A DNA stretch of 63,667 nt, the filler included, from Octopus bimaculoides (lineage: Eukaryota): assembly GCF_001194135.2 (NCBI RefSeq). It is 4 parts of 4 records of this genome, joined end to end, with 100 filler letters (N's around TTAATTAATTAA, not from the genome) between each part and the next. Parts side by side here need not be neighbours in the genome. Positions count along the whole stretch, not along the records: positions 1 to 27,121 come from NC_068984.1; 3 more parts are not named here. One strand, written 5' to 3'. Made by a program: the position numbers and the translations under genes. Positions 11,836-26,722 of this stretch are shown piece by piece (position 1 is the first letter of the stretch; each line of letters begins with the position of its first letter). The notes beneath the pieces were generated by a model. That model ran no database searches. It was not told where the DNA came from and saw nothing but the letters and a program-made list of their open reading frames with translations.

Positions 11836-12377
11836 TGTCCTTACAAATCTCTCACTGATTCTTTTGCTATCCTTCTGTCCCCTTTCTTTCGTCCTCTCTC
11901 TGTCTTTCACTCTCTCTCTCTCTTTTTCTCACTGAACTTACATTCCCTCCATCCCTCTACCTTCTCCTGTTTCCTTGTTATTCTATGAAAGAATTGAAGG
12001 AATCACGAGCTGGCTGACCAAAGGAGAAAGTAAAAACATGTAAACAAGAGAAGAAAAAAATGTAGAAAAATGATACATTATCAAAGAATAAAAAGTTGAC
12101 AGTAAACAAATCTTTGGAAGAAGACAAAATGTAAGAAAGTGAAAATATGTGTAAGAAAGATCTGGGTTTCCGGTCTCGCATCCTCGCATCTCAACTAAAA
12201 TTGTCTACACATACCGGAAATTAACAGCAGTCAAATAAAATGAATCAAAGAATTAGGAAGGAAAATGAGATGCCTGCATTCTGTTTATATGTTTATATGG
12301 TGCATATATTATATGGCAAAATCTGATATTGACTGAAGGCCTAGTGCGTAAATAAACTACATTTATACCATCTAAAT

Positions 12378-12670
12378 CAGTGCTTCTCAAACTATCTGAT
12401 GTGGCGTACCGGCAGTTTTTTTTTCCCAATGTGCCAGAAACCGGTAATATTTCTTAGTAATATTAATTTATACCGGAAACAATATATAATGAATATAATA
12501 AAAGTTGACAATTTTTTTAATCGTATATTTATTTTGTAAACAAATAATACAATATTACGTAAGCATTTTATAATTTTATAATGTTTCTTTCTTTTCTGGA
12601 AATTCGCAGCGTACCGGCAGCTGATCACGGATCAGCACCGGTCCGTGGATCACCACTTTGAATAGCACTG
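12378..12670. mobile_element. hAT (Charlie-like) MITE
   Basis: TIRs CAGTGCTTCTCAAA...TTTGAATAGCACTG; 8-bp TSD ATCTAAAT (12370-12377) / AACTAAAT (12671-12678). Confidence 0.85.
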
Positions 12671-14149
12671 AACTAAATGACACATTTTCTATATTGGCCT
12701 TTATTTGTTGTAAACGTTTAAACTCAGTATCGTTTATGATTACATCTAATGAACTACCAAAACAAATTGTCTTTTTTCGCTCACTCCTACTGTTCCTTCT
12801 CTTTCTCTCTCCCTCTCTGTGGTTCCTTTAAAATCATACGGAAAGTTTGCTTTGCAATCAGTAGGTTTCGAGTTTGCTTTGCAATCAGATTTAGAGTTCG
12901 ATCTCACTGCCTATCTTTTTAGGCTGTGCATTTTTTTTTTTTTTCCATAGCCATTTGGTTGAAATTTGCTAGACAGAAAGTCTTTGGAAGTGTTTTGGGT
13001 GAACTATTACTGTAATTCAAAGGGCCAGTTTTGTCATAGTCTCTCGTCAATTTTGTCTGAGAATAGCGTCGAGTGAAAATTCCTGCGGAATACTCAGTCA
13101 CTTACACTTCAATTCAATAATTAGTCAGAATACTCACTGTATCTTTATTGGCGACGCCACAGTTTTATTCCGTTTTATTCCTCATGCACATTGTTAAAAC
13201 TGACTATTTTGCTCACGTATCGCAATGCTTGAAACGAATTTTCAAACACATAACACTATAGAAAGTTGAAGCCCTCGAGAGGATTCCAATACCTAATTTA
13301 AAATTATCCACTTATTCCAGTTATTTTCTCCCAAATCACTTCAACCACATGCTCACCAATGCAATATCTGAAGTTCTGAATTTTCTGATTATATTACCAC
13401 CTCCAATTAAAACTCCTCGCATTTTCCCCCCACTTGAAGTCTTATCAATCAAACCTCCCACTTAGAATTGCATCTACTTAAATTTGTTTTTGTCAAACTC
13501 TGAGCTAAATACTAACCTTATAATCTCCACTGTCTGAATCTTTTAGTCAAGTAGGGCCTGTAACTAAAACTAGGATATTTAAAAAAGCATATAATTCAAT
13601 AGTTAACTACCTGTCTGTTTCTCTCCTCTGATATATAAATATATATATATGTAAATGAAACATTCAAACACTGAGATTTGAAGTTAGATGTCACTACTGT
13701 TCATATCATCTGTGGATAAATTCTAAATTTGATGATATCACCAGTAGTGGCATGGGTGGAACGCAGTTATAATAGCTTTAAACAGCTATGAATTATAAAT
13801 TTGCACGAAGCGTAATGATGCTTAATGAACATCTACCTGCTAGAAATAAGAGCTAAGTCTTAAATTAATCCACCGTAGCACACCAATATAACAGAGGAAA
13901 ACAGAAAGAATTAAGACATTTAACAGCACAAATAAAAATATTATGCAATTAGGGATATCCACAAACCAGGTTTCGGCTTTTGGACCACCAGTTTAAATCC
14001 ATGACTTTTCATGTTAGTCTCTGACTGTGAAACTGGTTTTGTTTTGCGCCAAAACCGGAGCACATGGTGCATAAAAAAATTTATAAATGAAACACTCATG
14101 TATTGCACTGGATTTTCTTTTTTCAACAGCTAAGTTGAACTTCAATGTC

Positions 14150-14375
14150 TTAACTATTGTGGTTTCAAATTTTGAGACATGTCCAGTAATTTTTATGGGA
14201 CAGGGTTTGTCGATTACATAGACGCCAGTACTTGATCCGTACTTTATTTTATCGACCCCGAAAAAGATATCGAAAAGCAAAGTTGACCTTCACAGTATTT
14301 GAACACAGAACATAAAGAGCCGAAAGAAATATTGCGATGTATTTGATCCGATGTGCTAATGATTCTGCCAGTTTG
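14150..14375 (-). mobile_element. SINE family C
   Basis: CCAGTACTTGATCCGTACTTTATTTTATCGACCCCGAAAA...AAAGTTGACCT...GTGCTAATGATTCTGCCAGTTTGCC. Confidence 0.7.
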
Positions 14376-14422
14376 CCTGCGTTTAACAATGTGTCTTTTC
14401 CCATTTGTTTATTATAAACGCC

Positions 14423-14807
14423 GTGGAGGCGCAGTGGCCCAGTGGTTAGGGCAGCAGACTCGCGGTCATAGGATTGCGGTTTCGATTCCCAGACCGAGCG
14501 TTGTGAGTGTTTATTGCGCGAAAACACCTAAAGCTCCACGAGGCTCCAGCAGGGGATGGTGGCGAACCCTGCTGTACTCTTTCATCACAGCTTTCTCTCA
14601 CTCTTACTTCCTGTTTCTGTTGTGCCTGTAATTGAAAGGGTCAGCCTTGTCACGCTGTGTCACGCTGGATATCCCCGAGAACTACGTTAAGGGTACACGT
14701 GCCTGTGGAGTGCTCAGCCACTTGCACGTTAATTTCACGAGCAGGCTGTTCCGTTGATCGGATCAACTGGAACCCTCGACGTCGTAAACGACGGAGTGCC
14801 AACAAAG
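14423..14807 (+). mobile_element. Full-length tRNA-derived SINE family A with 13-bp TSD
   Basis: TSD TATTATAAACGCC at 14410-14422 and 14808-14820; A box TGGCCCAGTGG; B box GGTTTCGATTCC; conserved 3' domain GTGGAGTGCTCAGCCACTTGCACG shared with 51430-51750. Confidence 0.9.
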
Positions 14808-15829
14808 TATTATAAACGCCAATTTTCCACACCAAAAGGGCAGCAAGTGGTCTGATCACAAGATATAGTTACGAAGTTCTTATTCTATTCGAAGACCTGT
14901 TGATCGCGTTTGTGATATTTGATATTATATCCATTAAAAGCTTAGTCATTAATTTCATTGCAGTATGTCCTTTTTATATAACTAACATTCAGCAGCGCCT
15001 AATTTCCTGCTCCTTTTTGTTGCTTTGAATTATTTATTAGCTTCGTGCGAATGACTTTTAGGTGATGGCGTTCAGGAAATGTTTAACCCGTGCATATGTC
15101 GAGTATCTTGAAATTCGTAGTCATGCACTTTCGCATACATACTTGTACATGTACACAAACATTATATATGCATCTGGATGTGTGTGTGTGCGCGCGCGCA
15201 TGCGCGGATGGCTCGTTGTATTTTCCTTTATTCTCCAATTGTAGCTATTTGTACTTGATTGTGCGTGTATTATATATGTACCATATTTTTCGGCATACAG
15301 ACCGTATTATACGGTGTAATGTAAACATTCAAACTTCGTCATTATCTTTCCAACTGTTAAAGCATTTCACATAGAATTTTTGGTCTTCCAAAGTCAAGGT
15401 AGTGTATACAAGTCAACCTACCGTTTTGGCTGTAAATTTTGGTCTGAACAATTAGTCTTCTACGCTAGAAAATACGGCATGTGACACAGTGTACATATTT
15501 GTACCTAAGTCTATCTTTGTAACTGTGTTTGTGTGTGTGTGTGATTTTAGTAAGAAAGAAGACAGTGCCCACGACTCCATATAGATACTTGAAGACTGAT
15601 GGAAGATATGGAAGAAGATACACTAAAAACGAACGACCTGGCCCGAATACTAGCAACATAATGGACTCCACCAAAGCAAGCAAGATGCTAGGTGGCAGCG
15701 TTAAACCGTGTGAGCGAACGATTAAGTCTACCAGTCAAGTTGTTCAAGGCAGTATTTAAATTCAGAACGCAAAGAACCGAAATAAATACCACAAGGTATC
15801 TGAGCCAACACTTCCGCACTTCCGCCACT

Positions 15830-15980
15830 CCACAACCTTTGATTCGTATTTATAATTGACACCGAAAGGATAAAAGGCAAATTTGACCTCAGTGGGATTT
15901 GAACTAAAGGTACGGGAAGATGGAACAAATGCTTCAAGGCTTTTTATCTGATGCTCTAATGACTTTTCCAATTCATCTTC
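15830..15980 (-). mobile_element. SINE family C-like, degenerate
   Basis: GAAGGATAAAAGGCAAATTTGACCTCAGTGGGATTTGAACT. Confidence 0.55.
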
Positions 15981-16699
15981 CTCTGTGTGTAAATGCGTGT
16001 GCATGCGTGCGTGGGTGAGTGCCGTGTATGTGTGTGTGTGTGTGTATGTGTGATCAGTGTGTGTCTGATTTCGTATTGCTTTTGTTATTGTTTCTCTGTA
16101 ATTTTTTTTTTCAACTTGGAATTATAATATTATAATTGTGAAACAATTCCTAACTGTTTCTGTGAAGCCTTTCACAATCACGTGATCTGTTCTTGCTTAC
16201 CGACAGAAGTATTATATTCCACGCGATTGTCTTCTTGTTTTAAACGTCTCCAATTGATTGTCTACAGCTTTGGTGAAATCGATCAAATGAACGTCAAAAA
16301 AATATCCTGATTGATTCTTTCTACATAAACTACATACACCTTCCCTACATATCTCTCTTTCTACCTGTTCCAATCTAAAACAGATCATTTACTTTACTCC
16401 ACGACTCACACACCCCCATCCCTCCCCAAAACTCCCTACCTCTTACATCTTACACTCTCTACTGTTCTGTCTTTCTCTCTGTCTTTCTCAAGCTCTCCTT
16501 CCTTCATCTTTCTCCGTTCTTTTCCCTTCTACCTCACTCCCTTTTTGTCTTTCCCGATCAATTTTCCTTTTCCATTAATGTCTCACTTTGTCATATCTTT
16601 CCTCCTTACCCGTACTAACTCTCTCTCTCTTTCTTTCTCTCCACATATCTACCATCTCTTCCATCGTCTTTCTAATTTCTTCTATGTCATTCAGTTATT

Positions 16700-17460
<761 letters not shown>

Positions 17461-17619
17461 TCATCCACAACAGCTTGGTGTTTGTGGTGTTAGCCTGTAA
17501 GCTTCATTACTACAGATCGATATATAACAATCTTTGACCGAACTTTGTTTCCTTCTATTACTTGCTGGTAATTAATAATGGCCTTATTCTAGTATTTCTA
17601 ACGCGTGATGCATACCTTT

Positions 17620-17990
17620 TTAAATGGTTGCTTGTTGTTGTTGTTGTTGTTCTGGTGGTGATGACGGTGCTGTGCTAGTGGTGATGGCAGTTAGTAATGA
17701 TTTAGTTAGGGTTTAGATGATGGTAGTAGTGATAATGGTCGAAGGTGTTGGTAAGAGGTGAGAACGATGGTGTTGGTGGTGTTGGAGCTGACGTTGGTAT
17801 CGGCAGTGGTTATTAAGTTGGTGATGTTGATATAAGTGCTAACATTGAGGACGAAGGTGGTGATAGTTGTGGTACCGGTTTGGGCAGTGGTATCGCTTAT
17901 GAATCGTGGTAGTGGTCAGAAAGGTGGTGGTGGTGGTGTGTGTGGGAAGGTAGTGCAGCAACTGCTAGTTGTAGTGATGGTGGTTCAAAT
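17620..17990. repeat. Degenerate (GGT/GAT/GTT)n low-complexity tract
   Basis: Visible trinucleotide bias. Confidence 0.8.
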
Positions 17991-18184
17991 AAAAGCACAT
18001 TAATAAAAGCAAAGACACATTGATAAGGATGAGAAGAGGCTGGTTGTTAATACGATTACTTCTGTTCGTACTTTACAATTTTTCATTTGTTCTAAGACAA
18101 CACTTTGAAAATTCCCACATTCAAATACGTTGAAAATCAAAAATATATTAAAAATTAAAAGAACAGGAGTATCGTACAAAATAT

Positions 18185-18348
18185 GCGCAGAGGTGGCTGT
18201 GTGGTAAGTGGCAACAAATTTGTTTTCCAATTATATGGTTTCGAGTTTAATCCCACAGCGTGACGATTGAGCAAGTGTCTTCTACTATAGCCTCGAACTG
18301 ACCAACGCCTTGTGAGTTGATTTGGTTGTCGGAAACTGAAAGGAACCC
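18185..18348 (+). mobile_element. SINE family B, 5' half
   Basis: GCGCAGAGGTGGCTGTGTGG...GCAAGTGTCTTCTACTATAGCCTCG...GGAAACTGAAAG. Confidence 0.8.
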
Positions 18349-18476
18349 AACATAGCTGGTTGTGGTGCAACCTTCGGTGCAGACTCATATCCTCATGTGT
18401 AGTTATAAGGGGTATCTCGTTAAATAAATTCTGTTTTGCTCGATTTTAATACAGGATGTTGTTAGTGATAGTACAG

Positions 18477-18850
18477 TTAGTTTAAGCTTTGACAAATAGT
18501 TTCACTGAAATAAGTGTTCTTGTTGTTGCTTTGTCTCACGTTGTCACTGGGAAAATCTATACTGAGAGGTATCCGAACTATGGTCATCCCGTCTTGTTTT
18601 TTCGGGTAGATTGAACCGAGTACAACATTATCTAATATAATTCCTTTTTCCAATGACAAGGCTGCTATTTCAGCAGGTCGAATGATTGCATAGAGGTTCC
18701 TGCGTTAGCGTAGGTTCTAGTCTAGTATCGAATATCTTTGTCTTATAAATAGTCAACAAAAGCTGCTCTGGGTAGAAGTCGAGTTTTTGATCAAACAATA
18801 TATTACTGGTCGCGGCGTATAATTCGTCAAAATGACACCGTTGGTTTCGC
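18477..18850 (-). pseudogene. Possible degenerate LINE ORF1-like coding remnant
   Basis: Open frame RNLYAIIRPAEIAALSLEKGIILDNVVLGSIYPKKQDGMTIVRIPLSIDFP loosely resembles the RRM-like part of the ORF1 segments at 3.6-6.6 kb. Judged by eye only. Confidence 0.25.
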
Positions 18851-20583
18851 ACTGAATATTTCCACTAAGCAATATTGACGAGTCTTCTGGCATGTAAGCC
18901 GGTCATAACCAATAATATATTGCCTAACGATAGAAAAATACACCCGTGCTATTATTTATATTGATTATGTTCTTATTTCTGACTCATAGACAACTAATGA
19001 TTGTGCGCGCGCGTGCGCGTATCCTTTAAAGATCATGAAATATTGAGTCCTAACGTCGAGAGTTTTGATTATAAGCTGTTCATAAGCAGAAAGGATGCAA
19101 TGTTCGGCCTTTTCTTGATGCATCACATGATTGTTCTGGTTCTGTTCAAGGATAATAATGCTGTCATGGTCCATTTCAGGATACTTAAAAGGATCCTGAA
19201 ATCCTTGAATTATCTTACCCTTAAGTTAGAGAAGTATTTCATATATGGTATGAGGTATTTGAGATGCATTTCGACGATATCATTGAGAAAATTTATTGAG
19301 AAGTTAAGGATGCTACCATACGCCTAAAAATGTGCTTGTCAGGAAATAACAAGTAGATCTTTCATAGGCAGGTGGAAGATAAATTGTGCTACTTTATTGT
19401 TTCATGTGCAATCAACGTCTTAGCGAACTGCAAAACAACAACACTACTTTAGCCAAAGCTGTCAATGACAAGAGACTCCAGGTAAGGAAAGTAGAATAAC
19501 ATATTTCCAGTAGATCTGATTCTACCAAAACTATTGGTGATTAATAAGGAAAAGACACTGTGACAAAAGGGATGTCCAACTGTGACTGCAAACCTTTCGG
19601 TTAATTACCCGATTACCTGTCACTTAGCCCACCTGTGGTCTGCTCCAACGAGATACGGACAACTATAAATGACAATACATGCTATGGTTGATACGGGCAT
19701 AGGTGTGGTAGAGTTGGCTTCGATCTCATTGTTTGGAACATTGGGTAAGTAACTTCTACCATAACTTTAGGTCAACTAAAGCCTTTTGAATGAAATTGGG
19801 TCGGTGGGATCTGTATGGAGGCTAGTCGAAAAGAAGGATTTTCCTACTCTAGGATAGTAGACTAAACCCGTTACCCGGTTTCACCACCTGATTCATGAGA
19901 GCCTTTACCGAAATCTACTCTTTTGGTTGCGTGCATTTGGACTTTCTCTCAGCCCTGAGCGTAACTCGACATCTTCATGCCCTGCTTCCGGTCACGGTAC
20001 ACTGTAAATTGTAGTTTCTTGCTCCCTTTTATTTTATCAATCTAAGAGTTCCTGCAATAATGTCATAGTCAATGCACTCTCTCTTTTAACTAAAATGTAA
20101 ATAATTCAATAATGAAATGCCTCAATCTTTTCAATCACCGCTAACGTCAGTCAATAAGCCTTCAATTAATGATAATGTATGTTACACGAAAATATTTCGT
20201 TTATGAATTCGTCATTGTTGAAAACACAGAATGCTTCATATTGTATTTCTTGTAAACCAAATCCTCAAATATTGTTCTCTCTTCATAGCGAGTTAACCAG
20301 CTGAGTTGGCATCTTCTTTATCAAACATTTTGTTGCAACATAAACTCTTTCAAACTACAAATGACTCTATTAATATTCAGTCAAGTACTTGGCCTTATTT
20401 CTTCACATCTTTTGTCGATATGCACGTGAGACTCTACTCGGGTCAGAGAGGTGAAAGTAGGCAGGGATTTATTGTTTGTGTTCTTAATTGGAAAATATGA
20501 AATCAGGATAAAGCATGGTGAGAGAATACTCGGGAGTGAAAAATGATGTGCGGTTCTGTGAACCTTAAAAGGAATAACTCTCC

Positions 20584-20619
<36 letters not shown>

Positions 20620-21204
20620 TTCTCTCTCTATCTATCTCTCTCTCTCTCTCTCTAGATATATCTCGACATATAGATAGAAAGATATAAAGACAAATAGATA
20701 TGGGGTCGAGTTGGAGGGTGTATACATGTACATATATACGTACATATATGTATATATACATATATATATGTGTGTGTATGTTTGTGCGTGCGCGCGAGCG
20801 TGTACGTGCATGTACACACACACATGATTTATCTTTTGTGTATGTGTCTTTTTGTGTTCGTATGTATCTGTTTTTTAGTCATTAAAGTGTAACAGCCAGT
20901 TCGCAGCACAGCCAGTTTATAGAGTATTCGCTCATAGACTGAAGTGCCTAGGCATTGGTATGTAGACATTGACACAACAATATGCTTCGAGAAAATGTGT
21001 ATATATATATATATATATATCATAATTCACCAGTATCCTTAGTTGTAAGCAAAAAGAAAGATACTATGAAGAGATGCAAATCCTAGATATAAGAAGTCAG
21101 AGTACCACTAGATAATTGTTGATTGCGTTGCTGGATATCTCTAAGATAATCCACTATAGCTACAATAACTAACATAATATAGAAAATCCAAGAGAACAAC
21201 AACA

Positions 21205-21425
21205 ATGGTTTCTGATAAAGGCACAAAGCCAGTAATTTTGATAAGGATTTAGTCGATGTCATCGATCATTTCTTGTCTGGTGTTTTATTTTAACGATCCC
21301 CATAGGCTGAAAGACAAAGATGACCTCGGCTGGATTCGAACTCCAAACGTAAAAGAGCCTAACTAAATACCACTAGGCATTCTGTTCGATTCTTTAATCC
21401 AACCTGTCTGCCAATCCACCGCCGG
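21205..21425 (-). mobile_element. SINE family C, degenerate, next to (AAC)n
   Basis: AAAGACAAAGATGACCTCGGCTGGATTCGAACTCCAAACGTAAA...CTGCCAATCCACCGCC. Confidence 0.65.
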
Positions 21426-21779
21426 CATCATTAACATCAACAACAGCAGTAAAATGATTATTTAAAATGATTATTTACAATATAATTGTAACATTATTAA
21501 CATTTTAAAATAAGAATCGTCAGCATAATTTTCGACGACAACAATATGCTTATAAGAATATCGATAATAATCAAACCTTGGATAACGAAACATACAAAAC
21601 AAGAGCGGTCCGTTTTACGAGACTACTAGTCTCACTTTATTGCACGTAGTCAATTAAATTTTGTTGCTCCTTATTCCCAAGACACGATAAACATGTCTAA
21701 CTGTAATAGAACTGAACAGTAAATAAAGCTTTCAATTCCTTATTCTACAACCTCGGCTGGCTACAATACTTAACTTCCA

Positions 21780-22748
21780 GAATGTAGAGATCACAGCCTA
21801 CTAACAGTTTTCACCTCACTAGATATCGAAATTAAAGCAAACTTCACGGCACAATTCTCTTCTCACCACTTCTTTAACATTCATGAACTCCAGTCCAACC
21901 TAGACCCCATGTATCGTTTCTTATTAAAACGCAATCTACACATGTAGGTGGAAGTATCTTCCTCGCTTCTTTTACTGCTCCGAATCCCTCGAATCAACAC
22001 AACTCTACGACCATATTTACTCCTGCATTGTGTACATGTGTACATGTCTTACTTCAACCCTCACTGAAGTTAATATCTTCACCACTCTTCTTGTCGTTCA
22101 AACTTATCCTATACTGATACAGTCAGTACAGAATCCGAGTCTCTTGATAGCCTCAACTCCCCATCATCAACATGTTTCATACTTTATTCTCTGAACGACA
22201 CACAAACATTCCAGACATCCTTGATATCTTTCTCACCTCCAAACTCAATCTTTATCAGGCTATAACTTTCACTCCACATATTGGGTCGTCCCCAAACTGC
22301 CTTTTCCCCACATATTTATGTACTACACAACACACACTACCTAGAATCTGTGGTATTTCATATCGACCTGATGATCGTATCTCCGTCAATTTTATTAAAG
22401 CTATTTATGGAAGAACATGTGCTTCACCCTGAGCCATCAGAAATAGTTAGAATTCATCTTCCAAGCTCCTTTCACATCCCTCACGCAACTCTTTGAAGTA
22501 TCCTCTTACACCCACTTCTCAACAATGACAGTTCTGTGACTGGTACTCCCGCAGAGAAAGTTTCCACATTCGCACAGAATGGATCTTCTTGAGAACTATC
22601 TTGACCCATTTCACCAGTTTCACTTCCATGCACACATGCATGCCAAGTGCGATATTACCTCTCGAGGTGGCCACTAACCTCGACAATATTCCTTCCATTA
22701 CCTTCAAAAATGCCCTCTATATTTAAACCTGTGTTCTTGAAGTTCTTT

Positions 22749-22790
<42 letters not shown>

Positions 22791-23830
22791 ATTTGGAAAC
22801 ACGTTAAAGTGTGTCCTATTCTCAAAGACAATCCTACCCTCACCCCGCCAACTATCGTCCTATTGTTCTCACTTCTCGGACGTGACAGACAAAGCCATTA
22901 ACAACAACCTTCGTTAAAATCCTGATTCTCTTTCTCACTCCTCTGAGAGACTGCCAGTATGCCTTTTGTAAAATCAGATTTACTGGAGTCCTACTCCTGT
23001 AAATCTGTTTTACGATCTCTTTCTGACCTCCACTATAATAACTCGAATGTGCCTCAGGATTCTGTTTTGTCCCACCCACTCTTCTCCCGGTACATCAACG
23101 ACCTACTTGATGTTGACAACGCCCACCTCTACGTTGGTTATATCACACTTCATTTTCTTTAACTTTCGGCAACCAAACTTCATCTACGTGCAACCAAGTT
23201 ATCTCGCGCCGAATCAGCACTTGTTATATGCCTTCAATAACAACAAGCGCAAAGCACGATAACTGAACGTATCAAGAAACCATTATCGTATCCTATTACC
23301 ACCACTATCTTCAAACATGAGTGTCATGTAATTTAAATCTTTGCGGTCGCTTCAAACGCTAGGCCTTATTATCTTCGAAGATGTCTTCCGGCGAATGCAC
23401 ATCCTCAACAAAGATGTTATCTCAAAGGATAGCCTGTCCCTTCAGATCCAGAAAGTATTACGGTTTGCAATAACTACTAACCTTCAAATTTCAATTAATA
23501 ATCACGATGGAATATTGCATCCATATCTTGGACGGCGTTGCTACTGCTACAGACAAAGACGTTTAGACCGTATCCATCCGACGTATAGAGAGGAGGTCAC
23601 TCATAAACACACCTCAGCCTCTCTGTCCCAGAGCTACTGTCTCTTCTACCAGCCTTTTCTGTCATTATTTCTACTCCTCGAATCTGGTCAGTCTCATGAC
23701 ATACTTATTCAGCCATACTCGATTCATTTATATCTTCTCTCGTCACCTATATCATGTCCAACTCTCTCTCAGCTCTCACACTAACCACTACGTCCAATGG
23801 TTTCTTTCTTGAACGTCAAAACTCTAGAAT
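21780..23830 (+). mobile_element. Degenerate APE-RT LINE (Jockey/I-group-like)
   Basis: Frameshifted motifs IPDILDIFLTS, WKHVKVCPILK, PANYRPIVLTS, VPQDSVLS...YINDL and MEYC.IW; a (CT)n has inserted at ~22755-22790. Confidence 0.7.
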
Positions 23831-24049
23831 TTCCTCCTTGCATATATCTTTATTCCAGGCGTTGGTTTACAACATTTGAAGTGAAATATTAATGGCATGA
23901 ATCCCACGGGGCTCAGAGAGATAATGTGAACAAGTCTTTCCTCCAGACCACAACTAATAAAGAAAAATTGCCTAACTTCTTGGTCAACTGCATTGATTAA
24001 CACCTGCAGTGCAAAGCAAACGAAATATCAACAACAACGAGGTCATGAG

Positions 24050-24430
24050 GAGTGTATGTAGTCGTTCGACTTGCTAGAAAATGCAGCCAAATCTCCTTCA
24101 AGCGACATACAACGCTTTAGAAAAGAAAATATTTAATAATGTAGTCCAAGACACTTTAAACTTGTAAAAAAGCAATTCAGCTTGGTCACTCCTGGATTGC
24201 ATTTTATCCGTTTTCAGAGTTCCTTTATGCTAAACAAAACAATGTGAGGCAACGGAAGAACCATTTAAGAGCTCTCTAGATCTGCTAGTAATAGCAACCA
24301 AAACCTCTCACAATCATATATTCTAACGTCTTAAAAAAAAAGACCCATTATATAACGAAGTTTTAGATAACTATATCTGATAAATAAGTCGGGATAGATA
24401 CTATTGGAATGTCTTTTGTCATAGGTCTAC
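24050..24430 (+). repeat. Two adjacent degenerate copies of a dispersed ~200-bp repeat (inverted copies at ~33560-33720 and ~34120-34330)
   Basis: Shared motifs GCTAGAAAATGCAGCCAAATCTC / GCTAGTAATAGCAACCAAAACCTC ... TAATGTAGT ... GGAATG. Confidence 0.5.
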
Positions 24431-25814
24431 ATTATCAAAACTAATTTTGGGGCTACACAAAAACAAGATATCAGCCTCAACAATAAAATCATCAGCCTGG
24501 TAATGTTTCTGCCTGTAAATACTCTACGAAAGTGGACTAAGCTTATATAAAAGTATAGGCAAAGTTGACTGTTCTTTTCTGTTGGTAGGTCATTGTTCAC
24601 TATGATATACACAAAAATATTTTAGATGGCCACAACTGGAAGGCTTTTAATCATAAATTTACCTAAGCATGGTTGACCTAACAATAAACTACACACAAGA
24701 ACACTACGCAGTGTTATAGAAAAAAATATCTCCTCAGCCACGCTTCGGTATTCCATTACTAATATATAAAGTAATGTAAAATCTTTATAGTTTTTTTTAT
24801 ATCCATATAGTGTGCCCAAAAGCAATGAGGTTGGTCGATCTCATCTCTCAACTAGCAACACTTTTAGGGGATTTGAAGTCAAGAGAACCTGCAAACAAAA
24901 GCACTCTCAGCAGTTATACAATGTTCCCGTTGCTTACGACAGCGTGCATTATTTATATATAACACTTGTTCATTAAAAATTATGGATATGGCACAGGACC
25001 AACAATAAGACATCTGCTGCCGAAACATCGGACTCTAGTTGGATATACTAACGACTTCGTCAACTATTCTGTTCATATATCTCTATGCTATTAAACTATG
25101 TTCAATAACAATAAACAACAAATAACATAATCTATAACAACCTTTCAATCTAAAATATCTCGTTATATCCTCTCAGCTTAACATCAGAAATATCTCTCAA
25201 ATAAATGTCACCTTAGACAATATCATTAGCAAACCGACATATACCCTATTACATCTCTCTTGCCACATACATACATACATACATACATACATACAGTAAA
25301 TGGTTCTTCGTCGGTTTTATGATAATTATTCTAGTTGTTCAACGAACTGAACTCTTTGAATTAGCGACTAAATGACTGCAGCACGACACATTGTGAGATA
25401 AGGATGGTCGTCTAAAAAACGGTCTTTGCAAAAGGCTTCTATAAAGTTTCCATCTACCTAGTTTCACTTAAATTTTGTTTCGACCTTAAACTATGATTTA
25501 AAAAAAAGCACCCAAGAGACTTCGTGCTGTTGGATTGAACCTTGGGCCCTATAATCTCGAAGTAAACTTGGCCAGTTGTCATACACGTAGACATACACAC
25601 GTCTGTTGTCCAAGCAGTTTAAGCATGAAATGGTTTACGCTTGAGTACGTGTCATTACACTTCATATAGCTGACAGGAGGATCACCACGAGCTTTGTTTT
25701 GCAGCATCAGAGTATACTGAATTATAATGTTAAAACAATATGCAATGTCTCTGTAGGAAAAGTTGTTCTGCTATAAATACAGATTATGCCTCTGTCATTG
25801 AATACATACATGCA

Positions 25815-25965
25815 TTATATGTGAAGATGTGTGGTCTAGTGGTTATTGCTGAAGTCGCGATCGCAAGATCGTGGTTTCTCTTCCCGGACCGGGCGTTGCG
25901 TTGTGTTCTAGACCAAATGACTTCGTTTCACGTTGTTCCATTCTTCTCAGTCGTAAACGACTGAC
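25815..25965 (+). mobile_element. tRNA-derived SINE head (family A-related)
   Basis: GTGTGGTCTAGTGGTTA...GATCGCAAGATCGTGGTTTC...GGACCGGGCGTTGCGTTGTGTTC, similar to 7585-7790. Confidence 0.6.
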
Positions 25966-26369
25966 TTCTCATCCACGGGGAGTGTTGTGATTTCGGTTTC
26001 TTATACACCAAGAAACCAGCTCTAAGAGTCGTAAGTCTCGAGACACTAGTTTACTTACTTCTTCACAAGTCCGAACATGCTTTTAGCATATTCGAACTGG
26101 TAATACCATTGCATTAATATTTATCACTGCTTAACGCTCTCACCTCATAATTTACTTACATTATATCATCATACAAGCATACTTACCAACACAAGGAGTA
26201 ATGATAGAACATTCTCACAAAAAATTCCTCCAAGAGTAAATATAAAGGGCCTCATATAGTTGCTTGGGACAAGAAAGATTAATTATGTACAGTCATAGTG
26301 ATCAGCTGCTCAGCAAATGTGAACAGTTTTCCCATATTCATTGGCAAGAAAAACTGTGAACAACTAGTA

Positions 26370-26703
26370 CCTTCTACCAACGCCTCGAGCCGACCAAAAC
26401 CTTGTGAGTGGATTTGGTAGACGGAAACTGAAAAACAAAACCCCGTCGTATGTATATATATAGAGAGAAATATATATCTGTGTGTGTATGTCTTTGTGTC
26501 CGTGTTTGTTCCCCCACCACCGCTTGACAACCAGTGCTAATGTGTTTACGTCTCTGTAACTTAGAAGTTCGACAAAAGAGCCCAATAGAATAAGTACTTG
26601 ACTTTAAGAAACAAGTTAGGTCGATTCGTTCAACTAAAAAAATTCTTCAAGGCGGTTCCCCTGCATGGCCACAGTCTAATGACTGAAACATGTAAAAGAT
26701 AAA
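26370..26703 (+). mobile_element. SINE family B, 5'-truncated
   Basis: CCTTGTGAGTGGATTTGGTAGACGGAAACTGAAA...CGCTTGACAACC...GCATGGCCACAGTCTAATGACTGAAAC. Confidence 0.85.
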
Positions 26704-26722
26704 AAAAACGCCTTTATACTAA

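Noticed and set aside
14423-14500. tRNA gene (and similar heads at 7585, 18185 and 25815)
   Set aside because: A/B boxes are present, but there is no complete cloverleaf and each continues into a SINE body; the 14423 copy has a TSD.
15545-15790. 76-aa ORF in a unique-looking island
   Set aside because: No recognisable motif, the start lies in a (TG)n run, and the splice signals do not fit one frame.
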